A DNA stretch of 64,000 nucleotides from Verrucomicrobiales bacterium. Lineage in GTDB: Bacteria; Verrucomicrobiota; Verrucomicrobiia; Verrucomicrobiales; DEV007. Below, in pieces: positions 44,959-54,161 of this stretch. A model generated the notes under the pieces. It was not told where the DNA came from. It was given only the letters and a program-made list of their open reading frames with translations, and ran no database searches. The position numbers and the translations under genes are program-made. The stretch is from NCBI GenBank assembly GCA_029940475.1, contig JAPYUT010000009.1, forward strand, positions 16,605 through 80,604, read 5' to 3'. Numbering within the stretch: the first letter of the stretch is position 1; each line of letters opens with the position of its first letter.

Positions 44959-45215
44959 TGCCGCATAGGATTTGCCTTGTCATCAACGGGGTGAGGGGTG
45001 TGTGTGACCAAAGGCACCCCGCCCCGGTGGCTTCAAGCGCAGGCGACAGGTTATGCACGGTGGCCAGGCAGGGGAATATTATTTAGCAAATCTTTGATAT
45101 TCATATATTTTGACAATCAATTATGATTCTATAGAATCGATAGAGCAGGTATAATGACCAATCTCTACATGATATGCGGAGTGATTGTTTTATGAGTTAA
45201 TTTCAATGATGACTG

Positions 45216-47060
45216 ATGTCGTTCTCTTTCAAGCAGTTGTTTAAAAAAGACGAACAGAGTTCCGGAGTCGAGAGAACGCGGTTGCAATTTGGCCAGCCGC
45301 AGGCGGAGGCTTTGCCTTCGACTGAGCGCACACCTCCGGCTGAGGATTCGGATGGATTGAGTGCGGAAGGGGTGTTCACAGCACCTTCTTCGCGAATTGC
45401 CGAGGAACTGCCACCCAGTAAATCCCTGGATTTACCTGAGGTTAAGAGTCCGTTTCAAATTGCAGAGTCAGCTTCTGGCAATCACGAATTTTCCGGGGAA
45501 GCTTTTCCGGAACCGGTCTCCTCGAGTGATCCCGCCTCCTCCCCGGAGAAGGAATTCGTGCAGGGAGAGGGTGAGGTTGTGAAGGAGGCCGTCACCGGCT
45601 TATTTAACTCAGTGCCACCATGTGCAGATCTATCTGCGCCTGCTGGTTTTTATGAGTCGGTGATGGAAACGGATGCGGATACACCGGGAGTGAATCCCGA
45701 TCCGTTATCTCCCGGGCTCTGTTCTTCAGATGAATCATCGGTGATGGAGGGTGGCTTGCCCGCCGTTCAACGGGATCTCGCAACATCCACCATTCCCGGG
45801 GACTCCGAGGCAGCTTCAAGCGTTACTGAACCGTCCTGGGTGGCTGATTCTGAAGCGACCCAGAGCGTTCCATCACCATTCAGGGTTGATGCATTCGATG
45901 TCAGCACAGCGGAGCATACGGTACCAGTTCGGGAGCTTGCCGGCGAGATCACTCCCCCTTTTACCGGAGAAGAGAGTTTCCAGTCCGGGGAAGCCCCTTT
46001 TCCCGTTACAGGATCAATGTCAAATAATCTTCAAGCGGAGGATGCCGGATTTACTGGATCCTTTGGGGACGATGCTGCTTCTGGACAAGGCGCAGCGTTT
46101 TCTTCCCGGGTCCCGGATGAACCTCCAGGTTTTCTACCGCGTCCAACGGACGTTGTGCGACCTCCTGAACTTGGCGGGCAAGAACATATCCCTGCCTTCC
46201 TTGAAAAGCCGGGTTCCCTACAGGATGAAGGTGCAGTAAACCGGAATCAAGTTTCCGGTTTTCCGGAGACGGGCGCAGCGGCCTTCCCTGAAAACGGGGA
46301 ATTCAGTAGTGGCGAGCAATCCGATGAAGGGCAATTTCCAGGTATTGATCCCGCAATGCCCAATATCCCGGAATTCTCTTCTCCTGAACATCAAGGTATA
46401 CAGGAGCCTCGCCCGGATTCCTTGGAGCCGGAACAACTGCCTGTGCCGACTGAGTTATCCTCAATGGTTGACGGGGAAAAGGAACTTTCAGTCGCGGGGC
46501 CTTGGCCGTTTGAGGACGAGTTTGTCCAGTCCAAGGCGCATACGAAGCAACCGGAACCCCTGGAATCTCTCTCGCCACTCTCGTCCACATTGTCGGGCAG
46601 CCCGAGTTCCTTTGATCCAGTCGGTGCATCCAAGGTGGTGCAGGATGAGTTTCCGCCTATCGGTGATTGCAATGTCGGTAGCAGTACCGGGCAGGCTACC
46701 CTGCGTGCCTTCTTGATGACTGATGGGGACATCGATGAAGACATGGTGGCCAGGCACTGTGCGGAGCTTGAAGGCATTCATCAATGCGTTGTCTATACTG
46801 CTGATGGCAGGGTAAAGTCATCGTCGATGCCCAACGGGACACTTGAAATTGATGGCACTGGGATTTTGGAGAGCGTTCGCACCCTTGCTTCAGCTTTTGC
46901 GGCAGGCTCGGAAGGTCCAGTGACACTGCGTAGCCCCGAGGGGCTTGTCAGTTTTTTTTCATGCGGGGATGCCTGCCTTGGTGTTTTGCATTCTGAAGAG
47001 GCTTTAAAATCAGGCGTCCAGGAACGACTCTGGTTGATTACCTGTGCACTGAGCGCTTAA
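45216..47060 (+). CDS. acidic Pro/Ser/Glu-rich protein with C-terminal Roadblock/LC7 (MglB-like)-looking domain
   Basis: 614 aa. About 480 aa are low-complexity acidic sequence. The last ~125 aa (ATLRAFLMTDGDIDEDMVARHCAELEGIHQCVVYTADGRVKSS...GILESVRTLASAFAAGSEGPVTLRSPEGLVSFFSCGDACLGVLHSEE) have an alpha-beta-beta-alpha-beta-beta pattern like Roadblock domains. Confidence 0.5.
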   Translation: MSFSFKQLFKKDEQSSGVERTRLQFGQPQAEALPSTERTPPAEDSDGLSAEGVFTAPSSRIAEELPPSKSLDLPEVKSPFQIAESASGNHEFSGEAFPEPVSSSDPASSPEKEFVQGEGEVVKEAVTGLFNSVPPCADLSAPAGFYESVMETDADTPGVNPDPLSPGLCSSDESSVMEGGLPAVQRDLATSTIPGDSEAASSVTEPSWVADSEATQSVPSPFRVDAFDVSTAEHTVPVRELAGEITPPFTGEESFQSGEAPFPVTGSMSNNLQAEDAGFTGSFGDDAASGQGAAFSSRVPDEPPGFLPRPTDVVRPPELGGQEHIPAFLEKPGSLQDEGAVNRNQVSGFPETGAAAFPENGEFSSGEQSDEGQFPGIDPAMPNIPEFSSPEHQGIQEPRPDSLEPEQLPVPTELSSMVDGEKELSVAGPWPFEDEFVQSKAHTKQPEPLESLSPLSSTLSGSPSSFDPVGASKVVQDEFPPIGDCNVGSSTGQATLRAFLMTDGDIDEDMVARHCAELEGIHQCVVYTADGRVKSSSMPNGTLEIDGTGILESVRTLASAFAAGSEGPVTLRSPEGLVSFFSCGDACLGVLHSEEALKSGVQERLWLITCALSA

Positions 47061-47169
47061 AGTAAATATACTGATACCAGCAATTGGCTAAGGAGGAGAC
47101 TTTACGCATTGTGTAATTCGTGCCAATTTACCCGTACTGTAGCCTTTTTAAAGGAGTTGCCCATTAAAC

Positions 47170-47883
47170 ATGATTGAGATGATTAGCAAGGGCGGGCCGC
47201 TAATGTGGTTGTTGCTCGCCTGTTCCATACTGGTTCTGGGGATTTTTGCGGAGCGCCTGTTCCTGTTTCATCGATCTGCTATCGATGTCGGAGAGTTTCT
47301 GCAGGGACTGGCAAACCTTATCCAGAAGAAAAATTATGCTGAAGCCCTGCACGAATGTGCAGGGACGCCGGGACCGGTTGCCAGGGTGATTCATTCTGCA
47401 GTGATCCGCCATGAGGCTCCACGGGCAGAACTAAAGGAGATTGTCCAGGAATCCGGGCAACTGGAGGTGCCCAAACTTGAACGTTATCTGTCAGTAATGA
47501 TGACAATTGTTTATATAGCGCCTCTCATTGGCCTGTTAGGCACCGTGATAGGACTGGTTGATACCTTTGTGCTGTTTAATGCCCTGAGCGGACAGGCGAC
47601 CATTGCCGACCTCTCGAAAGGCGTCTACCAGAGCCTGATCACTTCTGCGGCCGGACTGGCAGTGGCTATCCCCGCTTTTATTCTCTATTCGTATCTTATT
47701 ACCTATGCCAAGACTCTCATGCATGACATGGAGAGAGGGGGTATTGAGGTAGTTAACATTATTGAGGATGCCCGCAAAAATTCCGACATTCTATTGTTTT
47801 CCGATCGACAGGCTGCCAATGAATCCTCTGTTGAGGGGGATGCCGATGAAAAAGGCAGGATGTCCCGGAGTGATGTTACATAA
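47170..47883 (+). CDS. exbB: MotA/TolQ/ExbB family proton channel
   Basis: 237 aa, 3 TMs, family signature IAPLIGLLGTVIGLV..F...........L..GVYQSLITSAAGLAVAIPA. Confidence 0.85.
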   Translation: MIEMISKGGPLMWLLLACSILVLGIFAERLFLFHRSAIDVGEFLQGLANLIQKKNYAEALHECAGTPGPVARVIHSAVIRHEAPRAELKEIVQESGQLEVPKLERYLSVMMTIVYIAPLIGLLGTVIGLVDTFVLFNALSGQATIADLSKGVYQSLITSAAGLAVAIPAFILYSYLITYAKTLMHDMERGGIEVVNIIEDARKNSDILLFSDRQAANESSVEGDADEKGRMSRSDVT

Positions 47884-47886
47884 TTG

Positions 47887-48300
47887 ATGAAGCTTGAGAG
47901 TACGCTGCGGTCACGCCGCGAGTTTTTGCATTTTGCATCGCTGCTGGATATTCTCTTCTTGGTGTTGTTATTCTTTCTTCTCAGTTCCAATGCGGTTGTG
48001 CGATCGGGCATAGCGGTGATAGTTCCGCAGTCGCGCTCTGCACTGCAGGCGGCAGCGAGTGCCGACATCATCACGCTGTCAGGTGGCACTCCTTCCCAGA
48101 TTTTCTTTAATGACCGGCTGGTGACAACTAAGGAGTTAGAGCATGAGTTGGCAGACGGATCCGGTTCCGAGGGGAATAAGCAGGTGGTTCTTCGTGCTGA
48201 TCAAGCTGCTCCTTACGGGCAGGTGATCAAGATAAGCAACATTGTGGTCGGCAGCGGCTACTCACTCATTCTTGCTACCCGACCGGAGATAAACCAATGA
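47887..48300 (+). CDS. exbD: ExbD/TolR family protein
   Basis: About 137 aa. N-terminal FASLLDILFLVLLFFLL TM (the family's conserved Asp is present), then VVLRADQAAPYGQVIKISNIV. Confidence 0.8.
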   Translation: MKLESTLRSRREFLHFASLLDILFLVLLFFLLSSNAVVRSGIAVIVPQSRSALQAAASADIITLSGGTPSQIFFNDRLVTTKELEHELADGSGSEGNKQVVLRADQAAPYGQVIKISNIVVGSGYSLILATRPEINQ

Positions 48301-49049
48301 GTGAAGCGTTCGTTGATGTCCGCGAGGCGCGCGGTGGTCTGACATTTGACTGGAAACGCAGTGGCCGTCGACCTTTCTGGCTGTTATTTTTCATTTTGTT
48401 GTCGATTGTGGGGCATGCAGCCTGTTTTTACCTTTTCCGGGTTGTCTATCCGCCCCAGAAGAGAGAACTGGTTAGTGCGGTGGAGGTGACCATCTTGGAT
48501 CCTTCTGACCCTGCGACACGCAGGGTGCTTGCTCGGATTGATGACCGGGTTGTGGCTCTTGATTCTCGTGGCATCCCGGAGTCATTAGCGGCAATTACGG
48601 GAAGTGGGACCAGGTTCAGGCCTTTTTTTGAAGGCTACCAACCGGAACTCCGGGAATTACCGCGATTTGAATTGGAATCCAGGATTCCCTTTTTCCCGTC
48701 AGGCAATTTGTTTCTTCCGCCGATTGATTCAGCGAACAGGGAGCTGCCATCAAAAGTGCCTGCAGCTCCATTTAAACCGGTGGCCAGTATCCGTTGGGAG
48801 GCCAGTAACCGGCAGGTGTTACGTGATTTTGAATGGACGCCTGTGGCTGCAGTTCAGCGTCCTGTCGAGAATGATGAGTCTCTTTTCTACATAGGGATTG
48901 ATCGTTTTGGAAAAGTGGTCCATGCCCTTCCTGAGAAAAGTGCCGGGGCCTTGATGGATGCCGCCCTGTTGATCTCCCTGCGCCAGATGCGTTTTTCCCC
49001 GGTAAAATACCGGGTGATTGATTGGGCATGGGTTACAGTTCGCTGGTAG
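48297..49049 (+). CDS. TonB-like energy-transducer candidate (divergent, no Pro-rich spacer)
   Basis: 250 aa. It overlaps the exbD stop by 4 nt. N-terminal TM FWLLFFILLSIVGHAACFYLF. The C-terminal FYIGIDRFGKVVHALPEKSAGALMDAALLISLRQMRFSP fits the TonB-C pattern G-x-V...SG...LD-x-AAL...F-x-P. Confidence 0.5.
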   Translation: MSEAFVDVREARGGLTFDWKRSGRRPFWLLFFILLSIVGHAACFYLFRVVYPPQKRELVSAVEVTILDPSDPATRRVLARIDDRVVALDSRGIPESLAAITGSGTRFRPFFEGYQPELRELPRFELESRIPFFPSGNLFLPPIDSANRELPSKVPAAPFKPVASIRWEASNRQVLRDFEWTPVAAVQRPVENDESLFYIGIDRFGKVVHALPEKSAGALMDAALLISLRQMRFSPVKYRVIDWAWVTVRW

Positions 49050-49070
49050 GCATATCCCCGTCAATTTCTC

Positions 49071-49310
49071 ATGTTTGAAATATCACTCCCATACATCATA
49101 GTCGCTTACCTGGCGGTCATCCTGTCTGTCCTGTTTGGTGTTTGGGTTACCGGGGACTGGAGTCGTAAGCGTCGCGAGAAACAGGATCGGAAATTTCGAT
49201 TGGTTTGTAATATTTGTGGAGTGCCATATGAGGATCGCAGTCGCGACCCGATTCCCCCCTGTCCTAATTGCGAGGCACTGAATGAGCGCATAGGGCTTCG
49301 GGATCTGTAG
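49071..49310 (+). CDS. small membrane-anchored zinc-ribbon protein
   Basis: 79 aa. One TM (YIIVAYLAVILSVLFGVWV), a basic stretch, then CNIC-x15-CPNC. Confidence 0.45.
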   Translation: MFEISLPYIIVAYLAVILSVLFGVWVTGDWSRKRREKQDRKFRLVCNICGVPYEDRSRDPIPPCPNCEALNERIGLRDL

Positions 49311-49410
49311 TTTTCATAGAATTTTCAGGCAAAGAGAATTGGAGTTATGAAAAGCTGACTTGCCTAGTGCCCCTAGCCGTGGGAATAAGAGTCTTTCCTA
49401 GTAGTCATCG

Positions 49411-50658
49411 ATGAGTGAACGAAGAGTAGTGATCACAGGGATCGGGGTTCTCAGCCCGGTGGGGCACAATCTTGCGCAGTTTTGGGGATCCCTGATAGAG
49501 GGCAAGAGCGGAATTGACAGGATCTCCGGCATTGACCCGACTGCCTTTGCCTGCCGGATCGGCGGGGAGATACATGATTTTGACCCCAAGCTTTTTTACA
49601 AGAATCCCAAAGACGCACGGCGCACTGATCGTTATGGCCAGCTTGCGATGGCTGCAGCAAAGATGGCCTATGAGGACAGCGGGGTGGAAGGGAGTAATTT
49701 TGACCCCTTCCGGTTTGGATGCATGATCGGGAGCGGGATAGGAGGCTTAATTACCCTTGAGAAGCAGCATCAGGTTTATATCAACAAGGGGCCCGGGAGA
49801 GTTTCTCCTTTTACCATACCAATGATGATTGGCAATATTGCAAGCGGGCTGGTGTCAGTGGAATACGGGCTTTGCGGGCCCAACATGTCAATTGTCACCG
49901 CATGCGCCACGGCCAATAATAATATTGGGGAGGCTTGGAGAATGATAAAGTTCGGCGATGCCGACATATTTCTTGCCGGTGGGGCAGAGGCTTCAATATC
50001 AGCCATGGGGCTTGCCGGGTTTGCCTCGATGAAGGCTTTGAGTACACGCAATGATGAGCCCGAGAAAGCCTCACGGCCATTTGACAAGGATCGCGACGGG
50101 TTTGTGATGGGGGAAGGGGCCGGGATCGTGGTTATTGAGGAACTCGAACATGCCAAAGCCCGGGGTGCGGAGATTTATTGTGAGCTGGCCGGTTACGGTG
50201 TTTCCGCCGATGCGCACCACATGACTTCACCCCATCCTGACGGGGTGGGGGCAGGGCGGTGCATGGATATGGCAATGAGGCATGCCGGTGTTAATCCGTC
50301 CGATGTCGATTATGTCAATGCTCACGGCACCTCGACCTTCCTCGGGGATATCTGTGAGACCAAGGCAATCAAGAATTCCTTCGGCGATCATGCCAAGAAT
50401 GGCCTGCTCGTGAGTTCTACAAAGTCCATGACCGGGCATTTACTTGGAGCTGCCGGCGGCGTGGAACTCGCTGCCTGCGTGCAGGCGATCAGGACAGGGG
50501 TTGTGCCCCCGACCATCAACCTTGATCAACCTGATGAGGAATGTGACCTTGACTACGTTGCCCACCAATCACGGGAAAAGAAGATCAGGGTGGCCTTGAG
50601 TAACAGCTTCGGGTTTGGTGGGCATAATGCCACCTTAGTCGTCAAGAGCATGGCTTAA
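49411..50658 (+). CDS. fabF: 3-oxoacyl-ACP synthase II
   Basis: 415 aa. RVVITGIGVLSPVG, active-site TACATANN, the HMTSP and NAHGTST histidines, and SNSFGFGGHNATLV. Confidence 0.95.
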   Translation: MSERRVVITGIGVLSPVGHNLAQFWGSLIEGKSGIDRISGIDPTAFACRIGGEIHDFDPKLFYKNPKDARRTDRYGQLAMAAAKMAYEDSGVEGSNFDPFRFGCMIGSGIGGLITLEKQHQVYINKGPGRVSPFTIPMMIGNIASGLVSVEYGLCGPNMSIVTACATANNNIGEAWRMIKFGDADIFLAGGAEASISAMGLAGFASMKALSTRNDEPEKASRPFDKDRDGFVMGEGAGIVVIEELEHAKARGAEIYCELAGYGVSADAHHMTSPHPDGVGAGRCMDMAMRHAGVNPSDVDYVNAHGTSTFLGDICETKAIKNSFGDHAKNGLLVSSTKSMTGHLLGAAGGVELAACVQAIRTGVVPPTINLDQPDEECDLDYVAHQSREKKIRVALSNSFGFGGHNATLVVKSMA

Positions 50659-50705
50659 AAACCCGTTCTTGTGTGTTTGCGGAAAAGCTCTCCACCCGGA
50701 TTTCT

Positions 50706-51254
50706 TTAGTAGGAGAGGATGGTTTCAACCCGGTTGGCACCGAGCCTTTCCCTGCCGTTGAGGAATGTGAGCTCGATAAAGAAAGAAACGGCAATGACTT
50801 TACCGCCGATGCTACTGATCAGTTTCAGTGCAGCTGCCGCAGTTCCCCCGGTCGCCAGCAGGTCGTCGATTACCAGGACTTTTTCGTCCTTTAAGACCGC
50901 ATCCTTGTGGATTTCGATTTCTGCTTCACCATATTCAAGCGAGTAGGATTCGATTTCAGTAGCCCAGGGGAGTTTCCCTTTCTTGCGGATCGGGACAAAT
51001 CCGGCCCCAAGCAGGTTGGCAACGGCGGCACCAAAGATGAATCCCCGCGCATCGATTCCCACGACCTTGTCGACGATTGTCCCGTGCACAGTTTCTGCGA
51101 GTCCCCTCACTGCCATTGCAAACAGTTCACCGTCGCCGAGGACTGGTGTAATGTCCTTGAAGAGGATTCCCGGCTCTGGAAAATCGGGAACATCGCGGAT
51201 AGCGGCAGAAAGGCGCTGAAGTTCTTCGCTTTGCATGGTTGCCAACGGTTCCAA
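50706..51254 (-). CDS. apt: adenine phosphoribosyltransferase
   Basis: 182 aa. DFPEPGILFKDITP, and the PRPP loop VLVIDDLLATGGTA. Confidence 0.9.
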   Translation of the reverse strand: MEPLATMQSEELQRLSAAIRDVPDFPEPGILFKDITPVLGDGELFAMAVRGLAETVHGTIVDKVVGIDARGFIFGAAVANLLGAGFVPIRKKGKLPWATEIESYSLEYGEAEIEIHKDAVLKDEKVLVIDDLLATGGTAAAALKLISSIGGKVIAVSFFIELTFLNGRERLGANRVETILSY

Positions 51255-51317
51255 AGCAGTTGAGCGAGGTCAAATGCAAGTGTTGCCATTTTTTTGCATT
51301 AATGGGGCAGACGGCCT

Positions 51318-52127
51318 ATGGTGCGCTTTCTATTGGCTATGGATCGCCTCTACCTCGGCTTGGCAACACTGTTTTTTGCGGGTGGTTTTATCTACGCGCT
51401 TACCTGCCTGCGTGCGGGAACCTACCGGCATTCAACCTGGAATTTTGCCGCCATGTTATCAGGGATGGTGTTGCAGACGCTTTTCCTCTATGAGCGGGGC
51501 CAGGTTCATGGCCGCTGCCCGGTTACAAATGTGGTTGAGATCCTGGTGTTTGTTGCCTGGTCAATGGTCCTGATTTACCTGCTTGTCGGCCGCAATTACC
51601 GACTGTCCCTGATGGGTGTATTTACTTCGCCCCTGGTGTTCCTGACCTGTGTCATTGCATTGGCATTTCCGTTGGACCTGGAGTCCGCCATTGCAGTTGC
51701 TCAGGCAAAAGGCAGGGTGGATGCCTGGGTGGAATTCCACGTTGGGATCTCGCTGCTTGCTTACGGGGCATTCGGCATGTCCTTCATCGCCGGGCTGATG
51801 TTCCTGATACAGGAACGACAGGTGAAAAAAGGCAACCTCAAGACCCTGTTCTACAACCTGCCACCGATGCAGAATCTTTGCTCGGCGATATTCCGCTTGC
51901 TTGTTGTTGGGACAATCCTGCTTACTGCCGGCATTGCATCGGCACATGTCATCTCGGTAGCGGGTGACCAGCACCCCATATGGCCGCTGTATCTGATCTG
52001 GGTGGTTTATTCAGGGCTTTGCTCTGTAACGTTTTTCCGTGGTTTGAGTCCGCGGCGATTGGCCATTGGAGCAACAGGTGCTTTTCTTTTTCCATTGTTG
52101 AGTTTGTGGTTCATCGCTGCCAATTAA
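51318..52127 (+). CDS. cytochrome c assembly (CcsA-family, HemX-like) membrane protein
   Basis: 269 aa, about 8 TMs, directly upstream of hemA as in hemAXCDBL-type clusters. It has a CcsA-like Trp/aromatic-rich loop region. Confidence 0.65.
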   Translation: MVRFLLAMDRLYLGLATLFFAGGFIYALTCLRAGTYRHSTWNFAAMLSGMVLQTLFLYERGQVHGRCPVTNVVEILVFVAWSMVLIYLLVGRNYRLSLMGVFTSPLVFLTCVIALAFPLDLESAIAVAQAKGRVDAWVEFHVGISLLAYGAFGMSFIAGLMFLIQERQVKKGNLKTLFYNLPPMQNLCSAIFRLLVVGTILLTAGIASAHVISVAGDQHPIWPLYLIWVVYSGLCSVTFFRGLSPRRLAIGATGAFLFPLLSLWFIAAN

Positions 52128-52146
52128 AGAAGCGAAATTGCTGGCA

Positions 52147-53193
52147 ATGGAATTATTCTCCTTAGGCTTAAATCATGAAGCTGCACCGGTTGCAGTTCGG
52201 GAGAAACTTGCCGTCTCCAAGGGCGATCTGGGGAGAAATTGCACATCCATTGTTGCCCTTGAAGGGGTTCATGAGGCCGTGGTGCTCTCAACATGCAACC
52301 GGCTGGAGGTTTATGTGAGTGCTCAAGCGGATTGCTTCGCCGGGCTTGAGCGGTATATCAACGAAATGGATGAGTTACGCGACACGGGTGGACTGCCGTT
52401 CTATAAATATCGTGGAGCATCGGTGGCCCGGCATCTTTTCAGGGTTGCCAGCGGCCTTGATTCAATGGTTCTAGGTGAGACTGAAATACTTGGGCAGTTA
52501 AAACAGTCATATGCAGCTGCCCATGGCTCGGGGAATACCGGCAAGAGGCTTAATAAGCTGTTCCAGAATGCCTTTAAGGTGGCTAAGTATGTCCGCACAA
52601 ATTCCTCAATAACCCGTGGTGCTACCTCAGTTGGGGCGGCAGGTGTCGATCTTGCCGAAAAGATTTTCGGGGATCTTTCCCGTTGCATGGTGATGGTTTT
52701 CGGTGCCGGGGAGATGGGCAGGATGGTAGCCAGAACACTTGCGGGTCGCGGGGTGAAGGGAGTGATGGTTTCCAATCGCTCTTACGACAAGGCGGTGGAA
52801 CTGGCCGGTGAAATGGAGGGCAGGGCCATGCGCCTTGACGAAGGCGTGGAACAACTGGCACTGGCTGATATCGTGATTACCTCAACATCAGCGCCTCATC
52901 CGGTTCTGGGCAAGGCGGACGTGGCCAAGGCATTGCGCAAACGACGGGGGCGGCCTCTCTTTATGATTGATATTGCGGTTCCGCGGGATGTCGAAGAGGA
53001 GGCCGGAAACCTTGCGGGTGTTTATCTTTATGATATCGACGCGTTGCAGGGTATTGCTGCAGCAGCCAGGGTCAGGAGGGAAGAGCAGATCACCCATTGT
53101 GAGGTATTAATCGATGAGCAGATGAGAAAGTTCGGCATGAATAATTCCTCGGGAGGTGACGCGATGTCGACTGAGCCGATACCCACCGGATGA
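52147..53193 (+). CDS. hemA: glutamyl-tRNA reductase
   Basis: Start at MELFSLGLNHEAAPVAVREKL. Catalytic STCNRLEVY, GLDSMVLGETEILGQ and NADPH site VMVFGAGEMG. The C-terminal region is shorter than in E. coli HemA. Confidence 0.9.
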   Translation: MELFSLGLNHEAAPVAVREKLAVSKGDLGRNCTSIVALEGVHEAVVLSTCNRLEVYVSAQADCFAGLERYINEMDELRDTGGLPFYKYRGASVARHLFRVASGLDSMVLGETEILGQLKQSYAAAHGSGNTGKRLNKLFQNAFKVAKYVRTNSSITRGATSVGAAGVDLAEKIFGDLSRCMVMVFGAGEMGRMVARTLAGRGVKGVMVSNRSYDKAVELAGEMEGRAMRLDEGVEQLALADIVITSTSAPHPVLGKADVAKALRKRRGRPLFMIDIAVPRDVEEEAGNLAGVYLYDIDALQGIAAAARVRREEQITHCEVLIDEQMRKFGMNNSSGGDAMSTEPIPTG

Positions 53194-54161
53194 AAAATAT
53201 CATTGTAGGAACAAGAGGCAGTGAACTTGCCCTTGCACAAACCCGGATGACACTGGACCTCCTGCGGGACTCAGGATTTGATGGTGAGCTTGAAGAGCGT
53301 ATCATCCAGACCAGTGGCGACCTGCGACAGGATATAAAGCTTTCCGAGTTTTCCAAAGGAGATAGCCCGGTTGTGGACAAGGGGATTTTTACCAAGGAAC
53401 TTGAAGATGCGTTGCTGAGCGGAGAAATTGATGCCGCTGTGCACAGCCTCAAGGACCTTCCCTCGCAATTGGCTGAAGAATTCAAATTGGCAGCTGTGTT
53501 GCCGCGAGCACCGGTGGAGGATATCCTTCTGGTCAAGGGGCCTGCCTGTTCTTTGTCTGAGTTTCCCCCGGGAGCAGTGATTGCAACGAGCAGTGTGCGG
53601 CGTGGCCGTACCGTGGCCTGGAAGCGACCTGACCTGGAACTGTGCGATATGCGGGGAAATGTGCCAACCAGGCTTCGCAAGCTTGCCGGTGGCCGGGCGG
53701 GGGATGCGACGATCCTGGCCCGGGCCGGTCTTGAGAGGCTGGGATTTTATCGGGAAGGTCGCAATGAAATTGAGATTGAAGGCTGTCGTTTGGGTTGTCA
53801 GGTGTTGCCGGTGAGTGATTTCATTCCTGCGGGGGGGCAGGGAGCAGTGGGGATTGAGACGCTCTCAGGGTCTCCTGTGGCGGACAAATTCCAGAGAATT
53901 AATGATGCGGAAACTTCTTTGAGGGTTTCCGCAGAGCGGAAATTTCTTTATTTACTTGGGGCTGGATGTGATACCCCGGTTGGAGTTTGTGCCAATCTGG
54001 ATCCAGCGAGTGGTGAAATCAGTTTGCAGGCAGTGGTTTTTGATGAATCTGATTCTGCAGCTCCGCCGAAAACAGGCAGGGTTTCTGGTCCTTGCGGGAA
54101 TGAGGAAGAAATGGCGCGGGAGTTATTGCAGAAAATGGGTATCGGTATTGACTTGCGATGA
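53190..54161 (+). CDS. hemC: hydroxymethylbilane synthase (porphobilinogen deaminase)
   Basis: 323 aa. IIVGTRGSELALAQT, IDAAVHSLKDLP, RGNVPTRLRKL, and the cofactor Cys in GAGCDTPVG. Confidence 0.95.
   Translation: MKNIIVGTRGSELALAQTRMTLDLLRDSGFDGELEERIIQTSGDLRQDIKLSEFSKGDSPVVDKGIFTKELEDALLSGEIDAAVHSLKDLPSQLAEEFKLAAVLPRAPVEDILLVKGPACSLSEFPPGAVIATSSVRRGRTVAWKRPDLELCDMRGNVPTRLRKLAGGRAGDATILARAGLERLGFYREGRNEIEIEGCRLGCQVLPVSDFIPAGGQGAVGIETLSGSPVADKFQRINDAETSLRVSAERKFLYLLGAGCDTPVGVCANLDPASGEISLQAVVFDESDSAAPPKTGRVSGPCGNEEEMARELLQKMGIGIDLR

Noticed and set aside
45109-45155. TTGACA (45109..45114) and TATAAT (45150..45155) as a sigma-70 promoter pair.
   Set aside because: The spacing is 35 nt, far from the 16-18 nt of a canonical promoter. 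The TATAAT may still be a -10 element with a different -35.
52147-53193. hemA as a truncated pseudogene (about 350 aa versus about 420 aa in E. coli).
   Set aside because: The catalytic Cys motif, the NADPH-binding GAGEMG motif and part of the C-terminal helical region are intact. The stop overlaps the hemC start (ATGA), as expected for a functional operon gene.
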